A DNA stretch of 64,000 nucleotides, from the NCBI GenBank assembly GCA_963674705.1, contig OY771506.1, positions 1,120,001 to 1,184,000 of the forward strand, written 5' to 3'. This document shows, in pieces, positions 47,701-59,161 of this stretch. The number at the start of each line of letters is the position of its first letter. The first letter of the stretch is position 1. Source of the stretch: Phycisphaeraceae bacterium (lineage in GTDB: Bacteria; Planctomycetota; Phycisphaerae; Phycisphaerales; Phycisphaeraceae). Position numbers and translations under genes: made by a program. Under the pieces are notes generated by a model. It searched no databases. It was not told the DNA's origin and saw only the letters and a list, made by a program, of their open reading frames with translations.

Positions 47701-48170
47701 AAGGCGTCCGCGGGCGCGATCAGATCGACGGCCCAGGCGCCGGCCTGGTTGTTGCCGGATTCATACATCCTCAGCCGGTAGGCATCGATGGGCAGCGGAT
47801 CGGGATTCAGCGCCGTTCCCGTGGGTTGTGTCCAGGCAATCAACGAGTCTACGCCGGATGCATCGTTGCTGTACCCGTGCAAGACGGGTGTGCTGTCGGT
47901 GAGTTCCAGGACCGAATCGATGCCCCCGGATGTAATGGCGTCGCCCGCGGCGTTGGTTCCTCCGTTGCCGGCGAAGGTAATGAACCGCATGTCTTCACTG
48001 CCGCCAACCGTTCGGGAGAGCGAGAAGTTGAAGTCGTGCATGTCGCCGGCGGCGATGAAGTCTCCCTGCAGCGAGAAGTAAGCCTGCTGCGCGGCGGCAT
48101 GTGTACCAATCAAGCCTGCTAAAAGGAAGCACCCACGATTAACAAGCCGATATTTTTTTGCGTACCCCAT
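44766..48170 (-). CDS. Large Gly-rich beta-repeat PEP-CTERM protein (DVUA0089-like N-terminus, dockerin-like C-terminus)
   Basis: GGTNAAG..GGIDSVL..WAVDL N-domain; GGxGGxGG beta-helix-like repeats; LSPGSSAG..YD autotransporter-like segment; GDLSNDGFVGLDDL x2; IPEP. Confidence 0.88.
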   Translation of the reverse strand: MGYAKKYRLVNRGCFLLAGLIGTHAAAQQAYFSLQGDFIAAGDMHDFNFSLSRTVGGSEDMRFITFAGNGGTNAAGDAITSGGIDSVLELTDSTPVLHGYSNDASGVDSLIAWTQPTGTALNPDPLPIDAYRLRMYESGNNQAGAWAVDLIAPADAFTLTAATPTGTNTVSSLKFGTDVGGAAATFNQAASLQVTGPLTIAQTGDAVFNNTGSTTVSGLTTINSGGALNITAGSFTAYDEVTSNGAVTIDGLGSSFTVDASPTFWGLNGGTASITISDIAQATIHSGDIFLASQGSGSTGTINLSTASAMTIDSLHLADDTYAATDSTATVNINSSTLIQSEGANLTLGGTEATNNATINVQNFGDFFTSTTGTVNIAVNGKLNVNTFGQFGALTPSAEVDQDGSTSGSVTTAGTWMIDGGTINFSGGQGWAGSSDPAHADGAAGGTGGTLTMNAGGNIALTLASEVRLDGGYGGSDYPSNSSDNAGNGGQGGTANLAGGVLTLEGTSKFNVNGGLGGKQRALVTSRRGGTGGSGGTINLSGADITLNAGTTLSADGGNGGPSANITNANYLGGAGGQGGDIHLSAGSVMINGGTLSVDGGHGGSSANTNVIGGNGGTINITGGSLTLNSGLISLAGGDGISTYGTLTLEGGAFTVNSGHINANNDLSPTADPINFTGVTLNHTDGSLNLNDNTTFTGGSYTRSNNAVLNLATGKKLTATTNAQINLTDFNGIEFSDGKILELNTAADLNTDRIVFGDGSTGTLIVDGAGTNLNITGSTTSLFGANGGSASAVVRNGAKMTGGGNWYMVNGSFTATGDNTNITQGDSALLSVGSDTGGSFILNVQNNAAFTTGNDYTEVISNGTININSGASFIARGQFQINGGTINLTDGTFTAPGFYNATGLFSFTGGTLHVQTFYGDLLQNGGTLSPGSSAGLTTIDGNYTFNDGTLEIELGGITQDTEYDHIHVTNSADLNGDLSVSLIDDFLPSAGDSFTILSADGGIIYSPNNISLPDIAEYDQKWQLTNTSSVVILEVISTLAGDLSNDGFVGLDDLDILLKNWNTNVTAGAWNLGDPSGDGFVGLDDLDIILVNWNNGTPPPVDVANIPEPAVLGIFSMTNLWLIQRRHGQKPVFG

Positions 48171-48238
48171 GCCGGATAATCTCCACCTTTTCTATGACAC
48201 CACGTGTTTGAGAGCGGTGGTGTTTAGTTCGATGGCGA

Positions 48239-51200
48239 CTAATTATATTTATATTTGTGATGCCTGCGGCAACCCAGCGCGAAGCCGTTAAGCGCCAGGA
48301 TAATTGCGGTCCCGGGCTCGGGGATGCTGGTGGTGTTGATTGGCGGCGGTGTGCCGTTGTTCCAGTTGTTCAGGACGATATCTAAATCGTCGAGCCCGAC
48401 GAAGCCATCGCCGCTGGGATCGCCCTCGGTTAACGCGCCGGCGGTAACGTTCTGGTTCCAGTTGTTCAGGACGATATCCAGGTCGTCGAGGCCGACGAAG
48501 CCGTCGTTGTTCAGGTCGCCGGCGAGTGTGGAGAGCACGTCCAGCACAATGGCAGCGCCTGTATTGGTGATCTGCCACGCCTGGTTCGATGCGGAGATAT
48601 CGGGCAGGTTCAAGAGATTGAATGCGTCAATGATCCCGCCGGCGGCGGTGAGGATGGCGAAGCTGTCGCCGGGCAAGGTGGTGAATCCGTTGATCAATGA
48701 GACGTTCAGTTCGCCGTAGAGTTGGGCCATACCTGTTACATGTACGTGGTCGTACCCGGTGTCCTGTGTGATCCCGCCGATTTCGATATCGAGCACGCCG
48801 GTGTTGAAGCCGTAGTCCCCGTTGATGGTGGTCAAGCCCGCGGACGAACCGGGGGAGAGCGTGCCGCCGTCCTGTGTGAGTGTGCCATGGAAGGTTTGGA
48901 CATGCAGTGTGCCGCCGGTGAAGTCGAACGTGCCGCCGGCGGCGTTGTAGATCGAATCCGCGGTGACGGTTGCGCCGCTGTCTATCGAGACCGAACCATT
49001 GGCGAGGATATCGAGTGTTCCGTCGACCTTGAGTTCGCCGTTGTTCATCACATTCACCGTTCCATTGTCGACGCCGAGGCCCTGCTTGGCCCACCAGCGT
49101 GAGCCTGCGCCGGTGATATCAACGTTGCCGACCCTGGCGGCATCAAACGTAGAACCGACGCTGGTTGTGAAGCCCGCGGCGGTGACCTGGCCGCCGCCGG
49201 TGATCAGCAGGTTGGCAGAAGAGCCCCGGCCGACGTCGGTGTATTGGGCGGTCAGCGATTGGCCCGCGCCGATCGTCGTGGTTTTAGGTGTCGCTGAAAC
49301 CAGGTCGGCGTTGAACACACCGAAGTTCACGAAACCATTCCAGACAAGATTGGATCCGACGCCTTGCAGTTCGTTGACGCTAAGCCCGCCGCCGGACATC
49401 AGGAAGCTGCCGCCGTTGATGTTGACGGTGTCGGCTTCGATCTGCGCGGCGCTCGATACGTCGAACGTACTGCCCGTGTTCAGCGTTGCGGTGCCGTTTA
49501 TATACACCCGCGTGCCTCCTCCGGATGCGTTGAGTTTGCCCGCGCCGTTGAGTATGAGATCGCCTTTAACGTATAAGTCGCCGCCGGAGTTCACATTCAC
49601 GGTACCGGTAGCGTTGATCGTGCTGTCGCCGGTGCCGGTGGTGAAAGTGGCGTTGCTACTGATGTTCAGTTCGGCCGTTCCGCCGACGGCGTTGCCGACA
49701 ATCAACTGTGACGCACCGGTCTGGGTGATGGTTGATCCGGCGTCGGTGACGTTGACGATGCCGGTGCCGGTGTTGGTATCGAAGTGAGTGATCCGCAGGT
49801 TGTTGAGTGTGAACGAGCCGCCGGACTCCACATTGACGGTGCCGGAGGTCGAGGGCGATGTCCCGCCGGTGGACGCGACATGCAATGAGCCGGAATGAAT
49901 CGTGGCTTCGGCGTTATTGCGGACGGTTAAGTTGCCGGTTGCGCCGTACGCACCGACGTCGCTCAAGCCTGCAAGAGAATCGGTATTAATGGTGAGTGTT
50001 GATCCGCTGCCGTCCACAGTGATGGTGCCGTTTGAAGCCGAGCCAAGCCCGACATTGATCGGATTGGAAAAACTCACATCCGCGCCGGATTCCACTTTGA
50101 TCTCGCGGCTACCGTTGATGCTGTAGAAGATGCCGTTGTTACCGCCGTTGAGCGTGACCTGGGCGTCGTTGGAAGCGGTGAGTGTTTTGCCAGAGGCGAG
50201 TCGGAAGCCGTTGGTCTGAGAGTCGATCGTGCCGCCGTCGACGGTGACGTTGCCGTTGGCGTTGAAGATGCCATTGGTGTTAACGGTGACAGTGCCGGAG
50301 GGGTTGATGGCGATGTCGCCGGTGCCAGAGTTGAAGACGCCCGAGTCGTTGACGTCAAGGGTCGCGGTGCCCGTGCCGGTTCCGCCGACGGTGAGTGTGG
50401 ACGCGCCGATCTGTGTGAAGGTCGAGCCTGTGCCGGTGACGGTAACTTCACCTGATGCAGCTGAGCCTGTCGCGATGTCGAGGCGGGTGAAGGTGATGTC
50501 GCCGCCGGATTCGACGTTGATGTCGCCGAAGCTGTTGCTGTCACCGCTTGATGCCAGTGTGACACCGCCGGCGAGCGCGATGTTGGCGGATGCATTATCC
50601 AGAACATTGAGCGTGGCGGTGCCGCCGGTATTGCCCCAGAAGCTGTTGAACCCGCTGCTGACGGTGAAAGTCGAGCCGGTGCCGGTGACGGTGATCGTGC
50701 CGTCCATCCCGGTGCTGTTGCCGACGCCGAAGAAGCTTTGGTACAAGACATCCGCGCCGGACTCGACGATGAGTGTGGTGTCGTGATTGAAGGAGGTGCC
50801 GGGCGCGTGGGTGAACTGTGCGTTGTTGCGGGCGGTGATGGTTTTGCCATCCGCGAGGTTGAGGGTGCCGCTGGTGAAGTCGATGGTGCCACCGTCGATG
50901 AGGATATCGTCGTCGGCGTCGAGTGTGCCGCCGGTGATGTTGACGGTGCCGCCGCTGTTGATGGTGGTTGGTCCGCCGACGGTGATCTCGCCTTGAGCGA
51001 GGTTGAGTACGCCGTTACCGGTGTTGGCGACAACGAGTGGGCCGGCGATTTCGAGGTCGGTCAGGCCGATGTAGTCGAAGGTGGCGGCGTTGGCGCCCGC
51101 GCCGGTGGTGCCGAACTTGAGTGAATCAAGACGTGAGACACCGCCGGGATTGGCGGCATTGGGTGTGAGTTGCGTAAGCTGCAGTGCATCTGCCGGGCCG

Positions 51201-51682
51201 ATGAGGTCGACGGCCCATGCGCCGACGTTGTTGTTGCCCAGATCACTGAAGGTCAGGCGGTAGTCGTTAGCGACGGGCAGCCCGGATGCAGGCAGTGTGC
51301 CGCCGGACTCAGCGACGCCGGGCCAGGACAACAGCGAATCTAGGGTGGTGTTCGGGCCGAACGCGCCGTCGTCGTTGGATGCAGACAAGCCGGCGCTGAA
51401 GCTGAACAGATCCAGCAGCGAATCGATTACCTGGCCCGTGCCGGGGATGACGTCGCCGGCGGCGTTGGTCCCGCCGCTGCTGGCGAAGGTGATGAACTGC
51501 ACATCCTCGGCCGTTGTCAGCGGTCGGGTCGTTTGGAAGTACATCTCGTGCGTGCCAAGCGCAAAGGTGATTTCACCTTCCACGGAGAAGTAGGCTTGTT
51601 GTGCCAGCGCTTGTCCGGACAAGGACATTGCCAACAAAGTACACCCGCCACGGCATAGCCGATTCGTCAACACGTTATTCAT
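48239..51682 (-). CDS. Large beta-repeat PEP-CTERM protein, paralog of 44766-48170
   Basis: Same N-domain and C-terminal cassette; T5SS-like 'ITVTGTGST' repeats; start MNNVL at 51682 with SD GGAGA. Confidence 0.88.
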   Translation of the reverse strand: MNNVLTNRLCRGGCTLLAMSLSGQALAQQAYFSVEGEITFALGTHEMYFQTTRPLTTAEDVQFITFASSGGTNAAGDVIPGTGQVIDSLLDLFSFSAGLSASNDDGAFGPNTTLDSLLSWPGVAESGGTLPASGLPVANDYRLTFSDLGNNNVGAWAVDLIGPADALQLTQLTPNAANPGGVSRLDSLKFGTTGAGANAATFDYIGLTDLEIAGPLVVANTGNGVLNLAQGEITVGGPTTINSGGTVNITGGTLDADDDILIDGGTIDFTSGTLNLADGKTITARNNAQFTHAPGTSFNHDTTLIVESGADVLYQSFFGVGNSTGMDGTITVTGTGSTFTVSSGFNSFWGNTGGTATLNVLDNASANIALAGGVTLASSGDSNSFGDINVESGGDITFTRLDIATGSAASGEVTVTGTGSTFTQIGASTLTVGGTGTGTATLDVNDSGVFNSGTGDIAINPSGTVTVNTNGIFNANGNVTVDGGTIDSQTNGFRLASGKTLTASNDAQVTLNGGNNGIFYSINGSREIKVESGADVSFSNPINVGLGSASNGTITVDGSGSTLTINTDSLAGLSDVGAYGATGNLTVRNNAEATIHSGSLHVASTGGTSPSTSGTVNVESGGSFTLNNLRITHFDTNTGTGIVNVTDAGSTITQTGASQLIVGNAVGGTAELNISSNATFTTGTGDSTINATGTVNVNSGGDLYVKGDLILNGAGKLNASGGGTRVYINGTATLNTGSTFDVSSAAQIEADTVNINGGSFLMSGGGLSVNELQGVGSNLVWNGFVNFGVFNADLVSATPKTTTIGAGQSLTAQYTDVGRGSSANLLITGGGQVTAAGFTTSVGSTFDAARVGNVDITGAGSRWWAKQGLGVDNGTVNVMNNGELKVDGTLDILANGSVSIDSGATVTADSIYNAAGGTFDFTGGTLHVQTFHGTLTQDGGTLSPGSSAGLTTINGDYGFNTGVLDIEIGGITQDTGYDHVHVTGMAQLYGELNVSLINGFTTLPGDSFAILTAAGGIIDAFNLLNLPDISASNQAWQITNTGAAIVLDVLSTLAGDLNNDGFVGLDDLDIVLNNWNQNVTAGALTEGDPSGDGFVGLDDLDIVLNNWNNGTPPPINTTSIPEPGTAIILALNGFALGCRRHHKYKYN

Positions 51683-51967
51683 CTGAATTGTCTCCGCCCT
51701 TTTGTTCCCAACGGGATGATTGATCACAGTAATGCCGGTGAATCCGGTGCCCCCACAAACCGGCTGAGCGGATTCGAGCAAGTAACGTAATCTACAGGCT
51801 GTCGCCCTCACGGGCCAGCGTTATTTTGTTAAATAATTGTCGGAAAAGGTTTTAGGAGACAAGTGGGTCCGGATACCCGCCCCGACCAACATCTGCCAAA
51901 TCGGCAGCATCCGGTGTCAATTCGGCGTGCAAATATTATTAAAACAAGGGTTTACGGATAAGAACAC

Positions 51968-51983
51968 TGGCGCGGCTTTTGCA
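51968..51983 (+). promoter_or_regulatory. Sigma54 (-24/-12) promoter upstream of dnaJ-class gene/clpB
   Basis: TGGCGC-GGCTT-TTGCA, GG-N10-GC spacing, about 65 nt upstream of ATG 52049. Confidence 0.7.
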
Positions 51984-52048
51984 GTAATAGCATTGGATTC
52001 GGGCTGGTATCAGGCTGCGCCCGTGACCATTCAGATTAGGGATTGACT

Positions 52049-53020
52049 ATGGCTGTGAAGTTTCAGGACTACTACCAGACACTCGGTGTGAAGCGCGATG
52101 CTTCGCAGGATGAGATCCAGCGCGCCTACCGCAAGCTGGCGCGGAAGTATCACCCTGACATGAATAAGGAAGCGGGTGCTTCGGAGAAGTTCAAGCAGAT
52201 CGGCGAGGCGTACGAGGTTTTAAAGGACCCGCAGAAGCGTAAGAAGTACGACACGCTCGGTGAGAACTGGAAGGCGGGTCAGGAGTTTCGGCCGCCACCG
52301 GGTTGGGAATCGCACTTTAGAAGCGCCGGCGGACGTGGCGGGGCCGAAGGCTTCCAGTTCCAGTCCGGTGGGCAGTTCAGCGACTTCTTTGAAGCGTTCT
52401 TCAGCCAGATGGCATCCGGGGGCGGCGCGCAGGGCGGCCGGGGCGGCGGGTTTGAAGATTTGTTTAACGGTGCACGCCAGCAGGGACGGCCGCAGGCTGC
52501 GCCGATGCAGGAGGCTGCGCTGAGCATCAGCCTGCATGAAGCGTTCCACGGCACAACGCGTTCGCTGCAACTGCAAGGACCCGGCGGCACGAAGACCATC
52601 GAAGTGAAAATCCCGGCGGGGACCACGGACGGTGCGAAGATCCGGCTGGCGGGCGAAGGCTTGATCCTCAAGGTCAGCGTTGCGGCCGATCCGCGTTTCA
52701 CGGTATCCGGGCGGGACCTGACGACGGATGTGAAGATCACGCCCTGGCAGGCGGCGCTTGGTGGGAAGGTGGATGTTCAAACGATGGATGGAACCGTGAG
52801 TTTGAATATCCCCGCAGGTGCAAGCAGCGGGCAGAAGCTACGGCTCAAAGGCAAAGGTTTACCGAGCCGTCAAAAAGATAAGGCTGGCGATTTGTATGTT
52901 CGGCTGATGATTGTCATGCCCAAGGTGCTGACCGAACAACAACTGCAGCTCTACGAAAAACTGAAAGAAGCAAGCACACCCAACGCCGGGTCTGAGCGAA
53001 GTAAAGGACCGGGTACGTAA
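52049..53020 (+). CDS. DnaJ-class co-chaperone without Zn finger (CbpA-like)
   Basis: [14 protein letters not shown] region with FSDFF, DnaJ_C ([15 protein letters not shown]). Confidence 0.92.
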   Translation: MAVKFQDYYQTLGVKRDASQDEIQRAYRKLARKYHPDMNKEAGASEKFKQIGEAYEVLKDPQKRKKYDTLGENWKAGQEFRPPPGWESHFRSAGGRGGAEGFQFQSGGQFSDFFEAFFSQMASGGGAQGGRGGGFEDLFNGARQQGRPQAAPMQEAALSISLHEAFHGTTRSLQLQGPGGTKTIEVKIPAGTTDGAKIRLAGEGLILKVSVAADPRFTVSGRDLTTDVKITPWQAALGGKVDVQTMDGTVSLNIPAGASSGQKLRLKGKGLPSRQKDKAGDLYVRLMIVMPKVLTEQQLQLYEKLKEASTPNAGSERSKGPGT

Positions 53021-53070
53021 CGAGAAAACCGCGGATACCCGGCCCTTCGCTGCGCTCAGGACCGGCGTTG
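52981..53070. repeat. Inverted pair of CCCTTCGCT.CGCTCAG family D repeat
   Basis: CAACGCCGGGTCTGAGCGAAGTAAAGGACCGGGTA (inside the dnaJ-class 3' end) vs TACCCGGCCCTTCGCTGCGCTCAGGACCGGCGTTG. Confidence 0.8.
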
Positions 53071-53111
53071 AGTGACACTCATTAACAATAATCATCCGAG
53101 GGAGACTCAAT

Positions 53112-55739
<2,628 letters not shown>

Positions 55740-56098
55740 ATAGATAGTTATTGAAGTCCGGGATGACTTATGCGCCGGGCTAGCCTGTTCCGGCCGGTCC
55801 GGCGCGTAAGTTGCCCTGTTTAACATATTTATCACGTGTAATTCGTAAGAGTTGCGCTAATTCCCACAATAACCCATGGCCATACGTCCCGGTTTGGGTA
55901 TACTGTGAATGCGTGAGCTGCATAGCGCACGTTCAGGATGGAGGAGAGAGAGAAGGCACTTTGTGGCTGCGCATCTCTTTTTCGTGGGAATACGCCCACC
56001 ATCCAAAGACAAAAAGCGATTGTTTTTTCGTTTGCTGGAAGCTTGGCAAATGTGCTTGTGTTAATACTTTTCTCGTTCAAATTAGGAGAGGAAGAAAA

Positions 56099-56800
56099 AT
56101 GAAACGTAATCTCGTAATGGCGCTGTGTGCCTGCGGTCTGATGGCTTCGGCCAGCGCCCAGGCGGCCACCTTCTCGGCCACCTATGGTTGGGAAGACGGT
56201 GTGGGCACGATCCTCGGCTCTTACGGCAACCTGGTCAATCCCGCCAACGTCACCACCGGTGATGAATACAGCGCCAGCCTGCTGATCACCGCCGGCGTGA
56301 CCCCGAACAGCGGCTCGCAGATGCTGACCGTCAGCGAAAGCCCCCACGCCAGCACCCCGCAGGCCTATGTTGCCTACATCGAAAACCTGAATGCCGGCGA
56401 CGTGGTTGACGCCTCGTTCTTCGGCTGGGACAGCACCGCTGCTGCCTCCCCGTCTCTGCGTATCTGGGGCCACTATGCCGACAACGGCGACGTGACCTCC
56501 TATGCCGGTTCGGCTGGTGGCAATGACACCTACACCGACGGCAGCGGTTGGAGCTCGGTGGGCTACAGCTACGTGATGCCTTCGGCCGGCGCCCTGGTCA
56601 TCGAGGCTCGTCTTTACAGCAGCCCGAGCACGGCCGACCCCGCCCTGAGCAGCTACTTCATCGATGATATGACGATCGAAGTCACCACCGAAAGCAGCAC
56701 GGCTCAGATCACCACCCCCGGTGGCACGACCGTGATTCCTGAACCCGCCAGCATGGCGCTGATGGGCCTGGGCGCTCTGGTTGCCTTTAAGCGTCGCTAA
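56099..56800 (+). CDS. PEP-CTERM sorting domain protein
   Basis: SD AGGAGAGG, start MKRNLVMAL signal peptide, IPEPASMALMGLGALVAFKRR. Confidence 0.9.
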   Translation: MKRNLVMALCACGLMASASAQAATFSATYGWEDGVGTILGSYGNLVNPANVTTGDEYSASLLITAGVTPNSGSQMLTVSESPHASTPQAYVAYIENLNAGDVVDASFFGWDSTAAASPSLRIWGHYADNGDVTSYAGSAGGNDTYTDGSGWSSVGYSYVMPSAGALVIEARLYSSPSTADPALSSYFIDDMTIEVTTESSTAQITTPGGTTVIPEPASMALMGLGALVAFKRR

Positions 56801-56923
56801 AGTCATGTAGAAGCATCCTTTGGGTGCATGCTCGATTACAACCAACGAGGGTGGGTCATCATGGCCCGCCCTTGTTCATATACCTGACTACCCGTACAAC
56901 TTTTACAAACGAAGGGAATTCAC

Positions 56924-57631
56924 ATGAGTAAGGGATTATTCACAGCCGGTTTGGCAGGGATGGGTCTTTTGGCCTCGGTGAGCGCGGCTGATGCCGGCCT
57001 GATCATCACGGGCGTCATCGACGGCGGCCTGCTCGGCGGCGAACCCAAGGTGGTCGAACTGTATGCCACCAGCGACATCGCTGATCTGAGTGTTTACGGC
57101 GTGGGCGCCGCCAACAACGGCGGCGGGACCGATGGTGTCGAGTTGGTGCTGTCCGGCTCAGCCTCGGCCGGCGACTTCATCTACATCGTGGAAGATGATG
57201 ACCAGGGTGCACTGGGTGTTGGCTTCGCCAGCTACTTCGGCTTCACCCCGTCGCTGATTTTTGACGGCTCGTTCGCCAACGGCGGCGCGGCTTCGATCAA
57301 CGGCGACGATGCGATCGAACTATTCTACGACGCCAGCGGCGCGTTTGCCGGCCTGGAAGCCGTCGTGGATGTCTTCGGCGACATTAATGTCGATGGCTCG
57401 GGCACGGCCTGGGATTACCTGGACGGCTGGGCCTACCGCGTGGACAACACCGGGCCGGACGGCTCGACGTTCGTGATCAGCAACTGGTCCTTCAGCGGGA
57501 TCAACGTGACCGATGGCACGACGGCCAACGATCAGATCAACCCGCCGTTCCCGATCGGCAGCTATGTCCCCGAGCCGGCCAGTCTGGTTTTGTTGGGATT
57601 AGGCGCGTTGGCGGCCCTGCGTCGGCGATAA
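56924..57631 (+). CDS. PEP-CTERM protein with lamin-tail-like domain
   Basis: LIITGVIDG..GGEPKVVELY, NGDDAIEL, DVFGD, WDYLDGWAYR; VPEP tail. Confidence 0.88.
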   Translation: MSKGLFTAGLAGMGLLASVSAADAGLIITGVIDGGLLGGEPKVVELYATSDIADLSVYGVGAANNGGGTDGVELVLSGSASAGDFIYIVEDDDQGALGVGFASYFGFTPSLIFDGSFANGGAASINGDDAIELFYDASGAFAGLEAVVDVFGDINVDGSGTAWDYLDGWAYRVDNTGPDGSTFVISNWSFSGINVTDGTTANDQINPPFPIGSYVPEPASLVLLGLGALAALRRR

Positions 57632-58055
57632 ATGATGCTATAATTGAGTCCGAACGGATTCAACGACTGAACGACTCAGGGGTGGGCCTAAGCGGGCCCG
57701 CCCCTGTATTTTGCCCAAAGATACATAAATTCTTGTTTTTGATGGGCTTATAAATCTGTTTGGGGTGAATATCCATCTGGTCGGTCTGTACCAAGGTGGG
57801 TGTTCAGAAGCAGATCGGGCATTGGATCGGGGGGCCTATGATGAGTTTTGCGCTTATCTTAGGATTTTTTGGTTCGTGGAATTGGCCTGAAGGGTTACAA
57901 TGCGGATCGCGATGGGGGTGCGCCCGTTTGGCGCGAGCTTGTGTGACGGTTAAACGGTTGACCTTCCCTGGTGTTGTATGGACGGGGACCGTTGCCGGCG
58001 GCAACATATGATCGAGATCGGGGCAGGACTAAAAACAGGGACGAGGCAAAGACTA

Positions 58056-59039
58056 ATGAAAACGATCAACAAGCATGGCAGCAAGCAAGGATTCACACTC
58101 ATCGAATTGCTGGTGGTGATTTCGATCATCGCCCTGTTGGTAGGGATCCTGCTGCCGGCCTTGGGTGCGGCACGGCGCTCGGCGCAGAGCGCGGTGTGCC
58201 TGGGCAACATGCGTAGTGCGGGGCAGGCGCTGGCGACGTATGCGGCGAACAGCAGCGACTGGATGCCCGGGCCGAATACCAGTGGTGCTAAAATCGCTAA
58301 CGATAGTTATGTTTGGGGCACCAATTCAAACGAGCCAACTCAGAATATGGACTGGGTTTCGCCCTCAATGGGAGATTCTTTAGGACTTCCGGGTAATGTG
58401 GGGGAAAGGATCACCAGTATTTTTAATAATGACATGTATTGTCCATCAAATGACTTGAATTACACCCAGCCCACTCCGGGTGGGCCAGCGCTTCCATCTG
58501 ATTCTTTTGATTCTCTACGTGTGAACAGTTACGGTGCGATTCTCGGGTTCCAGTGGATGCCATTTTTCGCGACCGGCATTGATCAAAGTAAGATTCCGCA
58601 TGTTGTAAAACCGGACGGGAATGCCAAGAATGCTGTTCTGCACCCGAGCAATTATCGCCCGCGTGTTGATATGGTTGGCAGCGCATCTATCAAAGTCTAC
58701 GCAATGGATGGCACACGCTATGTGCAGGGTGACAACATCACCTATAACGGATTCCCATGGCAAGATGAGGGGGGGAACTATATGACTTCAGGTCCTGCTG
58801 TTGCCAATGGTGGCGACCCGTATCAATACGAATCCAACAGTGTTACTCCAACGAGTAGTTCCTTGAAGTACGCCTACCGTCATAACGGTGCGGTTAATAG
58901 TGTTTTCTTTGACGGGCATGGCGCAACCATGCAGCCGGCGGAAGCGGTCGATCTGGACCTGTACTTCCCGACAGGCAGTGAGGTTCGTTCGGCGGCGTTC
59001 ACCGCAGATAAGGATTACACGGGCACGACCATCCGCTAA
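58056..59039 (+). CDS. Prepilin-type N-terminal methylation / DUF1559, H-X9-DG protein
   Basis: GFTLIELLVVISIIALLVGILLPAL..AR..A....C..N; RHNGAVNSVFFDGH. Confidence 0.92.
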   Translation: MKTINKHGSKQGFTLIELLVVISIIALLVGILLPALGAARRSAQSAVCLGNMRSAGQALATYAANSSDWMPGPNTSGAKIANDSYVWGTNSNEPTQNMDWVSPSMGDSLGLPGNVGERITSIFNNDMYCPSNDLNYTQPTPGGPALPSDSFDSLRVNSYGAILGFQWMPFFATGIDQSKIPHVVKPDGNAKNAVLHPSNYRPRVDMVGSASIKVYAMDGTRYVQGDNITYNGFPWQDEGGNYMTSGPAVANGGDPYQYESNSVTPTSSSLKYAYRHNGAVNSVFFDGHGATMQPAEAVDLDLYFPTGSEVRSAAFTADKDYTGTTIR

Positions 59040-59161
59040 GGCATGAATCAATAATTCCAGGCCATATTGTGTTAGATGGCTTTTTTATGTTCCCCAGGTT
59101 CGGGCAGGTATCAGGCTGAAAAACGAACTTAAACCTACTTTTCTTCAGAAGGAGTGAGAGG

